DNA of 64,000 nucleotides from Marinicella sp. (GTDB lineage Bacteria; Pseudomonadota; Gammaproteobacteria; Xanthomonadales; Marinicellaceae): NCBI GenBank assembly GCA_965230295.1, contig OZ246001.1, positions 3,944,075 to 4,008,074 of the forward strand, read 5' to 3'. Shown piece by piece: positions 32,988 to 41,775 of this stretch (position 1 is its first letter; each line of letters starts with the position of its first letter). The notes under the pieces were generated by a model. It saw only the letters and a program-made list of their open reading frames with translations, ran no database searches and was not told where the DNA came from. The position numbers and the translations under genes were made by a program.

Positions 32988-34595
32988 TCACATCCTAAAC
33001 ACGCCATATTTGACAGAGTCCACATCAGCACAAGTAGCGGCTTCAATGGCAAGTGACAAAATTTGTCGGGTATCTGCAGGGTCTATCACCCCATCGTCCC
33101 ACAATCTGGCAGTTGAGTAATACGGATGCCCTTGATCATCGTATTGGTTTTTGATGTCTTGGTAAAACTGTTCTTTTTCTTTAGGATCCCACTTTTCGCC
33201 CACTTTGTCCATACCATCTTGCTTAACTGTGGTCAGTACAGAAGCGGCTTGATCCCCTCCCATGACAGAAATTCTGGCATTGGGCCACATCCACATGAAC
33301 CGGCCTTGGTAAGCCCTGCCATTCATGGCATAGTTGCCGGCCCCGAAAGATCCACCTATGACTACAGTAAATTTGGGAACCTGGGCACAAGCCACAGCAG
33401 TCACCATTTTGGCACCGTCTTTGGCAATGCCGGCATTTTCATATTTCTGACCGACCATAAATCCAGTGATGTTCTGCAAAAACACCAATGGAATCTTCCG
33501 CTGGTTACACAGTTCAACAAAATGAGCACCTTTTAAAGCTGATTCTGCAAACAGGATGCCATTGTTGGCCACAATACCAACAGGGTAACCATTGATGTGG
33601 GCAAAACCACAAACCAAAGTGGTGCCATACTTGGCCTTGAACTCTTGAAACTCAGAAGCATCAACCAACCTGGCTATGATTTCTTTGACGTCATAGGGGA
33701 TTCTGGTTGACTGTGGAATGATGCCATACAGTTCATGAGCTGGGTACAATGGATCACGTGCTGGTTTGCGTTGTAACCAATCGTATTTGGGTCGATTTAA
33801 AAACTGCAAGCTGTTACGAGCCATTTGTAAGGCGTGGGGGTCGTTTTCAGCAAAATGATCGGTCACACCTGATTGCGAAGAATGGACTTCAGCACCACCC
33901 AAGGATTCAGCATCCACCACCTCACCAGTGGCCGCTTTTACCAATGGCGGGCCACCCAGAAAAATGGTCCCCTGCTCTTTGACAATGATCGCCTCATCAC
34001 ACATCGCCGGCACATAGGCGCCACCAGCAGTACAAGAACCCATAACCACCGCAATTTGCGGGATGTTTTTGGCTGACAGTTGGGCCTGGTTATAGAAAAT
34101 ACGCCCAAAATGTTCTCGATCTGGAAACACTTCGTCCTGTAAGGGTAAAAAGGCACCACCTGAATCAACCAGATAGACACAAGGTAATTGATTTTCCAGG
34201 GCCACTTCCTGAGCGCGCAGGTGTTTCTTAACGGTCATGGGGAAGTAAGTACCACCTTTTACTGTGGCATCATTGGCCACAATCATCACCTGTTGGCCAT
34301 GAACCAAACCGATACCAGCGACCATTCCAGCTGCTGGTGCTGCACCTTCATACATACCCGATGCCGCCATCGGAGCCAATTCCAAAAATGGGCTGCCCGG
34401 ATCCAACAACAAATTGATGCGATCACGAACCAGTAACTTGCCTCGATCGGTGTGTTTTTTTCTTGAACGTTCAGAACCTCCCAAAGCAGCGTGCTGTAAA
34501 ACTTGCCTTAAATCATCTACCAATTGCGACATGTAAGCTCGGTTGTCATCAAATTGAGCCGATGCTGAATCTATCTGGGTTTTGATGATTTTCAT
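32988..34595 (-). CDS. liuB: Methylcrotonoyl-CoA carboxylase beta (carboxyltransferase) subunit
   Basis: [46 protein letters not shown]-terminal YGVFRM. Confidence 0.93.
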   Translation of the reverse strand: MKIIKTQIDSASAQFDDNRAYMSQLVDDLRQVLQHAALGGSERSRKKHTDRGKLLVRDRINLLLDPGSPFLELAPMAASGMYEGAAPAAGMVAGIGLVHGQQVMIVANDATVKGGTYFPMTVKKHLRAQEVALENQLPCVYLVDSGGAFLPLQDEVFPDREHFGRIFYNQAQLSAKNIPQIAVVMGSCTAGGAYVPAMCDEAIIVKEQGTIFLGGPPLVKAATGEVVDAESLGGAEVHSSQSGVTDHFAENDPHALQMARNSLQFLNRPKYDWLQRKPARDPLYPAHELYGIIPQSTRIPYDVKEIIARLVDASEFQEFKAKYGTTLVCGFAHINGYPVGIVANNGILFAESALKGAHFVELCNQRKIPLVFLQNITGFMVGQKYENAGIAKDGAKMVTAVACAQVPKFTVVIGGSFGAGNYAMNGRAYQGRFMWMWPNARISVMGGDQAASVLTTVKQDGMDKVGEKWDPKEKEQFYQDIKNQYDDQGHPYYSTARLWDDGVIDPADTRQILSLAIEAATCADVDSVKYGVFRM

Positions 34596-34598
34596 GGA

Positions 34599-35792
34599 CT
34601 ACACCAACTCGACGGCAATGGCAGTTGCTTCACCGCCACCGATACACAGCGAAGCCACACCTTTCTTCAGGCCGCGGTTTTTCAAGGCATAGATTAATGT
34701 GACCAAAATGCGATTACCCGAAGCACCAATGGGGTGTCCCAAGGCAGTGGCACCACCATTGACGTTGACTTTGTTGTGGGGGATGTCCAAATCGTCCATG
34801 GCTGCCATGGTAACCACAGCAAAGGCCTCATTAATTTCAAATAAATCAACATCTTCGACTGACCAATTAATTTTTTCCATTAACTGTTTAATGGACGTAA
34901 CAGGAGCCGTGGTGAACCATTCAGGTTCATGGGCATATTGATGATGGCCAACAACTTTTGCCAACGGCTTGATGTCATTGTCATTCACATATTGTCCGGA
35001 AGCCAATAAAGTCATTGATGCACCATCAGAGATTTTTGATGCATTCGCTGCAGTGACAGTACCATTTTCGCGTCTGAAAGCCGGCCTTAAAGTTGGAATT
35101 TTATTGATGTCACATTTAGCTGGTTCTTCATCTTGATCAACCACCACCGTTTCTTTTCTGGTTTTCACCGACACCGGTGCAATTTCAGCAATGAAAGCTC
35201 CCGATTCAATGGCATTCATGGCACGGGTGACTGATTCAGCTGAAAATGAATCCTGCGCTTCTCTGCTGTAACTGTATTTATCAGCACATGATTCAGCAAA
35301 GGTACCCATCATGTTGCCATCATAGGGATTCTGTAAACCATCAAAAAACATGTGATCTAACATTTGTGCATGTCCCATGCGATAACCGCCACGTGCTTTG
35401 GGAATTAAATACGGTGCCATGGTCATTGATTCAATGCCGCCAGCCAATACCAGGTTCGCTGAACCGGCTTTGATGGTATCGTGCGCCATCATCACAGTTT
35501 TCATGCCTGAACCACAGACTTTATTGACCGTGGTGCACCTAACAGACTTGGGTAAGTCGGCGCCCAATACAGCTTGTCTGGCAGGTGCCTGACCCAAGCC
35601 AGCAGGCAAAACGCAGCCAATCAGAGCTTCATCCAGATCATTCAGATTGATACTGGCTTGATCAATGGTGGCTTTGATGGCTTCAGAACCCAGTTGGGTT
35701 GATGGGGTGTTGCCAAATTGCCCTTGAAAGGAACCTATGGCAGTCCTTTTGGCTGCAATGATATAAACAGCGTTGTTATCAATGGTGGTCAT
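34599..35792 (-). CDS. Acetyl-CoA C-acyltransferase (thiolase)
   Basis: NKVCGSG, NEAFA, GHPIGASG, CIGGG. Confidence 0.92.
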   Translation of the reverse strand: MTTIDNNAVYIIAAKRTAIGSFQGQFGNTPSTQLGSEAIKATIDQASINLNDLDEALIGCVLPAGLGQAPARQAVLGADLPKSVRCTTVNKVCGSGMKTVMMAHDTIKAGSANLVLAGGIESMTMAPYLIPKARGGYRMGHAQMLDHMFFDGLQNPYDGNMMGTFAESCADKYSYSREAQDSFSAESVTRAMNAIESGAFIAEIAPVSVKTRKETVVVDQDEEPAKCDINKIPTLRPAFRRENGTVTAANASKISDGASMTLLASGQYVNDNDIKPLAKVVGHHQYAHEPEWFTTAPVTSIKQLMEKINWSVEDVDLFEINEAFAVVTMAAMDDLDIPHNKVNVNGGATALGHPIGASGNRILVTLIYALKNRGLKKGVASLCIGGGEATAIAVELV

Positions 35793-35823
35793 GTAATTCT
35801 CAAATAGTCAAATTTAAATGGCT

Positions 35824-36987
35824 TCAGGCTTTGGCGTTGCGATACAACTCTCTACCAATCAGCATCAATCTAATTTCATTGGTTCCAGCACCAATGTCAT
35901 ACAGTTTAGCATCCCTTAACAATCTACCTGTTGGGTATTCATTGATGTACCCATTACCACCCAAAGTTTGAATGGCCTCTAAGGTAAGATTCACAGCCGC
36001 AGTTGAAGCAAAATACAGGCATGCAGCAGGATCCAATCTGGACTCAATCCCTGAATCATAATCTCTGGCGATACCGTAAGCAAAATACCTGGCGGCTTGT
36101 AGTTCAGCATACATTTTACCAATCTTCGCCTGCATCAAACCGAACTGGCCCAAATCTTTACCAAACTGCTTGCGTTCTGCCGTGTACGGTATGGCTGCAT
36201 CCATGGCCGCTTGCATAATACCAAGCGGTCCCCCTGAAAGAACCAAGCGTTCTGTATTCAAACCAGACATCAGAATGCCTACGCCCTGATCGACTCGACC
36301 CAGTACATTCTCTTCTGGAATGCGACAATCATCAAAAACCAATTCGCAAGTATTGGATCCGCGCATACCTAATTTATCCAATTTTTGAGCAGTGCTGAAC
36401 CCTGGCATGCCTTTTTCAATGATAAAGGCCGTCATGCATTGTGAACCTGCAGACTGATCGGCGGTTCGCATATAGACCACCAGCACATCGGCATCAGGCC
36501 CATTGGTGATCCACATTTTGTTGCCATTGGCAATCCATTCCGTACCTACTTTCTCAGCAGTACAGCTCATAGAACCTACCACGTCAGAACCGGCACCCGG
36601 TTCACTCATGGCCAAGGCCCCAACATATTCACCAGAGCACAACTTAGGCAGGTATTTTTGACGTTGCATTTCGTTGGCATGTTTATAGAGGTTTGCAACA
36701 CACAAGTTTGAATGGGCCCCATAGGACAATCCAACCGATGCTGAACCGCGAGAAATTTCTTCCATTGCAATCAAGTGTGCCAAGTTTCCCATTTCCGAGC
36801 CACCGTATTGAGCCGGTACAGTCATGCCCAACAAACCCAGATCACCCATTTTCTGCCACAAATCAGCCGGAAATAAATTGTCCTGATCTATTTGTTCTGC
36901 GCGAGGTGAAATTTCCTCAGCTGTGAACTTTCTAACCGTGTCTCTGAGCAGTTCTAATTCTTCAGAGATTGCCACATCAAAATTCAT
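35824..36987 (-). CDS. liuA: Isovaleryl-CoA dehydrogenase
   Basis: SVGLSYGAHSNLC, GALAMSEPGAGSDV, KMWITNGP, KLDKLGMRGS, LGGNGYINEYPTGRLLRDAKLYDIGAGT. Confidence 0.93.
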   Translation of the reverse strand: MNFDVAISEELELLRDTVRKFTAEEISPRAEQIDQDNLFPADLWQKMGDLGLLGMTVPAQYGGSEMGNLAHLIAMEEISRGSASVGLSYGAHSNLCVANLYKHANEMQRQKYLPKLCSGEYVGALAMSEPGAGSDVVGSMSCTAEKVGTEWIANGNKMWITNGPDADVLVVYMRTADQSAGSQCMTAFIIEKGMPGFSTAQKLDKLGMRGSNTCELVFDDCRIPEENVLGRVDQGVGILMSGLNTERLVLSGGPLGIMQAAMDAAIPYTAERKQFGKDLGQFGLMQAKIGKMYAELQAARYFAYGIARDYDSGIESRLDPAACLYFASTAAVNLTLEAIQTLGGNGYINEYPTGRLLRDAKLYDIGAGTNEIRLMLIGRELYRNAKA

Positions 36988-38099
36988 CAGGCGTTACCGT
37001 TTTTTGAGCGCCCAGAAAATTTAACGTTTTTCTGGCACATGAAAGGTAATTTCACCCGGCCCATCTTTTGAATGCGCTCCTCACCCATCCTATCAGCTGC
37101 TTTCCAAGTGGCTATGCCATCCCTTGCAGCAATTTCAAAGATTTTGATGATGCTGTAATAAATGTTACGCGTCATGCGCAATGCACGCTCACGATTATAC
37201 CCTTCTAACTCAATGGAGACATTCATCAAGCCACCCGCATTCACAGCATAGTCAGGTGCATAAATCATGCCACGTTCTTCCAGTTCATCACCGTGTCTGG
37301 TTTCTGCCAATTGGTTGTTGGCGCTGCCGCAAACAATATCAAATCCAAATCGATTGATGGTTTCGTCATTAACCGTTGCACCCAATGCACAAGGTGAATA
37401 GACATTCGCATCAACATCATAAATGTCATCGAGTCCTACAGCCTCACATCCATAGACATCAACACAGTGTTGAACAGCTTCTTCATTGATGTCGGTAATG
37501 AAAATTTTAGCACCGTCTTTATGTAGCAGTTTAACCAACTCCATACCCACATGACCAACACCTTGGACAGCATAGCTATAGTCACCAATGTTTTGATTAC
37601 CAAACTTTTTTTCTAAACTGGCTTTGATACCTTGGTATGTGCCATAAGCAGTGAACGGAGACGGATCACCTGAACCACCATGAACCTGATGTACACCAAC
37701 CACATTGTCAGTTTCTTGAAACACATACTCCATGTCATTGACGTCGATACCGACGTCTTCCGCAGTGATGTACCTGCCCCCCAAAGAATCCATGAATCGA
37801 CCAAAGGCTCTGAACAATTCTTCTGATTTGTCTTTTTTGGGATCACCGATGATGATGGACTTACCACCACCCAAGTTTAAACCTGATACGGCTGCTTTGT
37901 ATGTCATGCCTCTGGACAAGCGCAGTACGTCATTCAATGCTTCTTGCTCGGTTTTATAAGGCCACATTCGCAGGCCGCCCAAGGCAGGGCCTAATACAGT
38001 GTTGTGGATGGCAATAATGGCTTTTAATCCCACGTCTTTGTTATGACAAAAAACAACTTCTTCATGTTCTGTCTTATCAATGGTCTCAAAAATATTCAT
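36987..38099 (-). CDS. Glu/Leu/Phe/Val dehydrogenase (leucine dehydrogenase-like)
   Basis: AIHNTVLGPALGG.RM, LSRGMTYK, GGGK, YITAEDVG, GDPSPFTA, ANNQL, APDYAVNAGG. Confidence 0.92.
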   Translation of the reverse strand: MNIFETIDKTEHEEVVFCHNKDVGLKAIIAIHNTVLGPALGGLRMWPYKTEQEALNDVLRLSRGMTYKAAVSGLNLGGGKSIIIGDPKKDKSEELFRAFGRFMDSLGGRYITAEDVGIDVNDMEYVFQETDNVVGVHQVHGGSGDPSPFTAYGTYQGIKASLEKKFGNQNIGDYSYAVQGVGHVGMELVKLLHKDGAKIFITDINEEAVQHCVDVYGCEAVGLDDIYDVDANVYSPCALGATVNDETINRFGFDIVCGSANNQLAETRHGDELEERGMIYAPDYAVNAGGLMNVSIELEGYNRERALRMTRNIYYSIIKIFEIAARDGIATWKAADRMGEERIQKMGRVKLPFMCQKNVKFSGRSKNGNA

Positions 38100-38130
38100 G
38101 TTCAGTCCTCATCGAAACAGCTGAGGAGTC

Positions 38131-38178
38131 TCAGCTGCTTGCTTGGTTAAATTTGAAAGATTCTTGTGGAAGAATCAT
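38131..38178 (-). CDS. Candidate 15-aa leader peptide (MILPQESFKFNQASS) upstream of the amino-acid dehydrogenase operon
   Basis: SD GAGGGGG 6 nt before ATG 38178; stop TGA at 38133-38131 lies in the 5' arm of hairpin CAGCTGAG/CTCAGCTG. Confidence 0.35.
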   Translation of the reverse strand: MILPQESFKFNQASS

Positions 38179-38329
38179 ATGTGTCCCCCTCAAATTCAAG
38201 ACTATGTATCAATCCAATGACGTTTTAATTTGAAGGTGTTTGAGTGAATTTGTTGAAAATTCACGGCCATTTCAGGCGCGCGCAATTATACATCAAACGT
38301 GAATTTAATGCATCATTTAGCTGCCTTGA

Positions 38330-39418
38330 TTATACTGATTTTGGATATGATCCAAGAATTTTCAAGTTTGATGTAAAGCGCTGCATAGCGGCAATGGCCT
38401 GGGCCAAATTGTCATCTTCAACATGACCTTCTACATCTATAAAAAACACGTAATCCCATTTGCCGCGTTTGGATGGTCTGGACTCAATTCTCTTCATACT
38501 TATACCAAAATCATTAAGTGGTTTTAAAATATGAAACAACACGCCGGGTTCATCTTTACCTGCCACCATCAGGGATGACTTATCTTCACCGCTTTTAGCC
38601 AATACTTGCTTACCAATAACCAGGAATCTGGTGGCGTTATCTGCTTGATCTTCAATATCAGCATGTAAGATTTTTAAACCGTACATGGCTGCAGCCGATT
38701 CACCTGCAATGGCTGCCGCATGTTCATTGAACGATGCTTTTCTGGCTGCTTCTGCATTGCTGCTGACAGCAACTGTATCGATGTGAGGTGCATGGTTAGC
38801 TAACCAGGTCCTGCATTGAGCCAAGGACTGTCGGTGAGAAAAAATCACGTTGATTTTGGCTAAATCGGTTTGTTTAGACATTAAATTGTGGTGAATGGGC
38901 AAATCAATTTCACCACAAATCTTTAAAGGTGAACTGATGAACATGTCCATGGTGTTGTTGACGGCACCTTCAGTAGAATTTTCAATCGGCACCACTCCAA
39001 AATCTGCCACACCCGCTTCGACTTCTGAAAACACATGCCCAATGGTAGATTCTGGCATGGCTTTTACTGAATGACCAAAAAAACGATAGGTGGCCATTTC
39101 AGAAAAGGTACCTTCTGGACCCAGAAAAGCAATATTCAGCGGTTTCTGCTGTGCCAAACAGGCCGACATGATTTCTTTGAATAACCGCACCAAAGCTTGA
39201 TCTGCCAATGGTCCTTCGTTCCTGGCCTTAACGGCTCTGAGAACTTGTGCCTCACGTTCTGGTCGATAATAAAATCCACCAGCATCTGCTTTACTTTTAC
39301 TTTTTGCGACTTCATTGGCTATTTCGGCGCGCTGGGTAATCAACTGTTGAATACTCTCATCAATGTGGTCGATTTTGCTTCTTAATGACTCCAGCCATTG
39401 TTGATTGTCTTTACTCAT
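38330..39418 (-). CDS. pheA: Bifunctional chorismate mutase / prephenate dehydratase (P-protein)
   Basis: LRSKIDHIDE...RPEREAQVL (CM), FLGPEGTFS, VVPIENSTEG, NATRFLVIG, ACT domain IESRPS, KILGSYP. Confidence 0.95.
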   Translation of the reverse strand: MSKDNQQWLESLRSKIDHIDESIQQLITQRAEIANEVAKSKSKADAGGFYYRPEREAQVLRAVKARNEGPLADQALVRLFKEIMSACLAQQKPLNIAFLGPEGTFSEMATYRFFGHSVKAMPESTIGHVFSEVEAGVADFGVVPIENSTEGAVNNTMDMFISSPLKICGEIDLPIHHNLMSKQTDLAKINVIFSHRQSLAQCRTWLANHAPHIDTVAVSSNAEAARKASFNEHAAAIAGESAAAMYGLKILHADIEDQADNATRFLVIGKQVLAKSGEDKSSLMVAGKDEPGVLFHILKPLNDFGISMKRIESRPSKRGKWDYVFFIDVEGHVEDDNLAQAIAAMQRFTSNLKILGSYPKSV

Positions 39419-39457
39419 GAACCTTCTATTCAAATACCAGCATTCTACTTTGAACAC

Positions 39458-39487
39458 AAAAAAAAACCGACAACAATGTCGGCTTTT
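39458..39487 (-). terminator. Rho-independent terminator closing the giant exported-protein operon
   Basis: Minus strand CCGACA-TTGT-TGTCGG followed by T9, about 30 nt after the stop at 39518. Confidence 0.8.
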
Positions 39488-39517
39488 CTTTAAAAATATT
39501 TAGACTCAATGGTTATA

Positions 39518-41773
39518 TCATTCGAAACCATCCTCAAAAATCAAATCATTGAGGTGCGTTTTGAACACTTCGATGGCATTGTCTATGCCCGCCGCAACTA
39601 ACAACCACTTACCATCAGGTGACAGGTCAAGAGCAATAGGCCCAGACATGTCATTGACATCATCAACATCATCTTGCTCGATATCAGCAAAAGTTAATTC
39701 AGCAAACTCGGCAGAAGTGTCTACACGGTCTCTCTTGAAGGTCACCATGGTTGAATCATCAAAGCCCAATGTATATAAACGATCATCATCTGCATTTCCA
39801 AGCAGTGCTGTTGGTGCGTCCAAACCAATAAAATCAGCATTGGATTGCTGATAGTTTTCTTCATAACTTAACTGTCCTGAGCCATCTCTGGAAAACCTGA
39901 CAATGGCATCATCCGCTCGTCCCAATACATATACAGCTTGATTATCACCAGAAACCCATACCGCTGATGCGCCACCCAATCCATCGACACCTGATACGCC
40001 ATTTTTAAATGACTCTCTGAAGCTTAATTCACCCGTCGAAACATCACGATCAAACACCGACAGTGATGAAGAAAAATCTGATGCCACAAACACTTGAGTG
40101 CCATCTGGTGCAACCATCACATCAATCGGGCGATCCATGAAAGATACTGGAGGTCCTGCATCACCCGGGTCATCAATGCCTTGAATTTCACTTTCTATAA
40201 AAGCCAAACTCCCATCAGTGGAGTTGATGGAAAACACTGCAATGCCGTCAGATTGACTGCCCACAGCATATAAATGCGAGCTGTCTGGGCTGATATCTAA
40301 TCCGTACACCCCATCAATTGCCAAGTTGTTTGGGCTGTTGTTTTCCAAAGTCTGGGTCAAACTTAATTGGCCGGTACCCAAATCTCTTTGAATTGACATG
40401 ATGGCTTGGTCACCACTGGCTGCAGCATACATAAATCGCCCATCATTGGTTAAGGTGATGTCCCTGATTAACCCAAACAAGCCTGATTCAAAACCGACTG
40501 TTCCGGAATCAACTGTTGAATCATAGGTTAAAACACCGTTTTCAAAGCCAAATCTGATGATTGAGCCACCGCCACTCAGGCTGGACACATAGACATGCTT
40601 TCCATCTTGGCTGAAATGAACATCAGACGGACTGATCAAAGTGGGTACATCAGCACTGGTTATTGAATCAGATTCTTCTGTTTGCTGATCATTGGTGGCA
40701 TCCAAAATAAAGGCCGTCAGCTCGGTATTGACCAAATTGGCATTGACTGCATTACTCAAAGCGATGGTCATGACTTCAATCTCTTCATTGATATCATCTG
40801 ACAAGTAATCCACCACAATACTGCCATCTTGGGTACCGGCTGGTATGAGCAATTGACCAGTGGCAAAGACATAATCAAGTCCTTCAGTTGCGGTGCCTGC
40901 CACCGTGACATAATCTACACTGACGTCCTGCTCGTAGGGTCTTGACAATCTGAACTCGAAAGCATGCGAAAGTACACCATTGCCTGGCTCAAAGATCACA
41001 GCATCATTGCCACGCAGTTCCGGCTGACCATCATTGTCTAAAATGGTTGCCACCGCTCGATCAAATTGAATGATGCCATTTTGAGCGTTGGAAAGCACCA
41101 CTTCAAATGTTTCACTTAACTCGATCAAAGTGTCACCACAGACCGTCACACTGATTTCGGTTTCAAGCTGCCCTGCCACAATGGTGGCAGTTCCGTTGCT
41201 GTTGAGGTAATCGACATCAAAGGTACAAGCATCAGAACCTATGGCTGTTCCAGAGACTGTTTCCCAGTCTACAGATACATCTGACTGTGATTCATTTGAG
41301 ATTGAAATGGTCATATTCAAAGTGGTTTCATCACTGTCCAGTTCTGTAACAGAAGCTGGCAAAGCATTGATGACTGAAGCACTACCCGATAAATTAATCG
41401 GGTCAATGTCCAATCGTTCGGCCACGCCATAATCACCCACCAAGACTTCTGCCACCAGATTACCGTTGATGAAAATGGATGCAGGATCACCTGGTCTGGC
41501 TTTTCCAAACTCTCTTGGGTCATTACTATCCATAGGAACATTTAGGGCATACAACCCATTCAAGTTAGCATTGGTTCCCATGCTGTATTTAGCTACAGTC
41601 ACCAATTGGCTGTCTAAATAGATGGTGATCTCTGACTCATTGGCCAAAGGCGCTCCAAACCATGTTGCTGTCCCATACAAAATATAATCAGGTTGAGAAA
41701 TTTTTGCATGACTTTCGGTACTCAAAAAACTGAACACCGCCAATAAACTGAACAATAAATTTTTTATTTTCAT
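39518..41773 (-). CDS. Exported protein: unknown N-terminal domain + 2 Calx-beta-like domains + lactonase-type beta-propeller + C-terminal DLIFEDGFE
   Basis: Signal peptide (..SHA|KI); Calx-beta signatures VSVDWETVSGTA...DY...GT...G...ETFEVVLSNA twice; repeated SxDGxxxYV blades; ends NDLIFEDGFE. Confidence 0.75.
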   Translation of the reverse strand: MKIKNLLFSLLAVFSFLSTESHAKISQPDYILYGTATWFGAPLANESEITIYLDSQLVTVAKYSMGTNANLNGLYALNVPMDSNDPREFGKARPGDPASIFINGNLVAEVLVGDYGVAERLDIDPINLSGSASVINALPASVTELDSDETTLNMTISISNESQSDVSVDWETVSGTAIGSDACTFDVDYLNSNGTATIVAGQLETEISVTVCGDTLIELSETFEVVLSNAQNGIIQFDRAVATILDNDGQPELRGNDAVIFEPGNGVLSHAFEFRLSRPYEQDVSVDYVTVAGTATEGLDYVFATGQLLIPAGTQDGSIVVDYLSDDINEEIEVMTIALSNAVNANLVNTELTAFILDATNDQQTEESDSITSADVPTLISPSDVHFSQDGKHVYVSSLSGGGSIIRFGFENGVLTYDSTVDSGTVGFESGLFGLIRDITLTNDGRFMYAAASGDQAIMSIQRDLGTGQLSLTQTLENNSPNNLAIDGVYGLDISPDSSHLYAVGSQSDGIAVFSINSTDGSLAFIESEIQGIDDPGDAGPPVSFMDRPIDVMVAPDGTQVFVASDFSSSLSVFDRDVSTGELSFRESFKNGVSGVDGLGGASAVWVSGDNQAVYVLGRADDAIVRFSRDGSGQLSYEENYQQSNADFIGLDAPTALLGNADDDRLYTLGFDDSTMVTFKRDRVDTSAEFAELTFADIEQDDVDDVNDMSGPIALDLSPDGKWLLVAAGIDNAIEVFKTHLNDLIFEDGFE

Positions 41774-41775
41774 GA

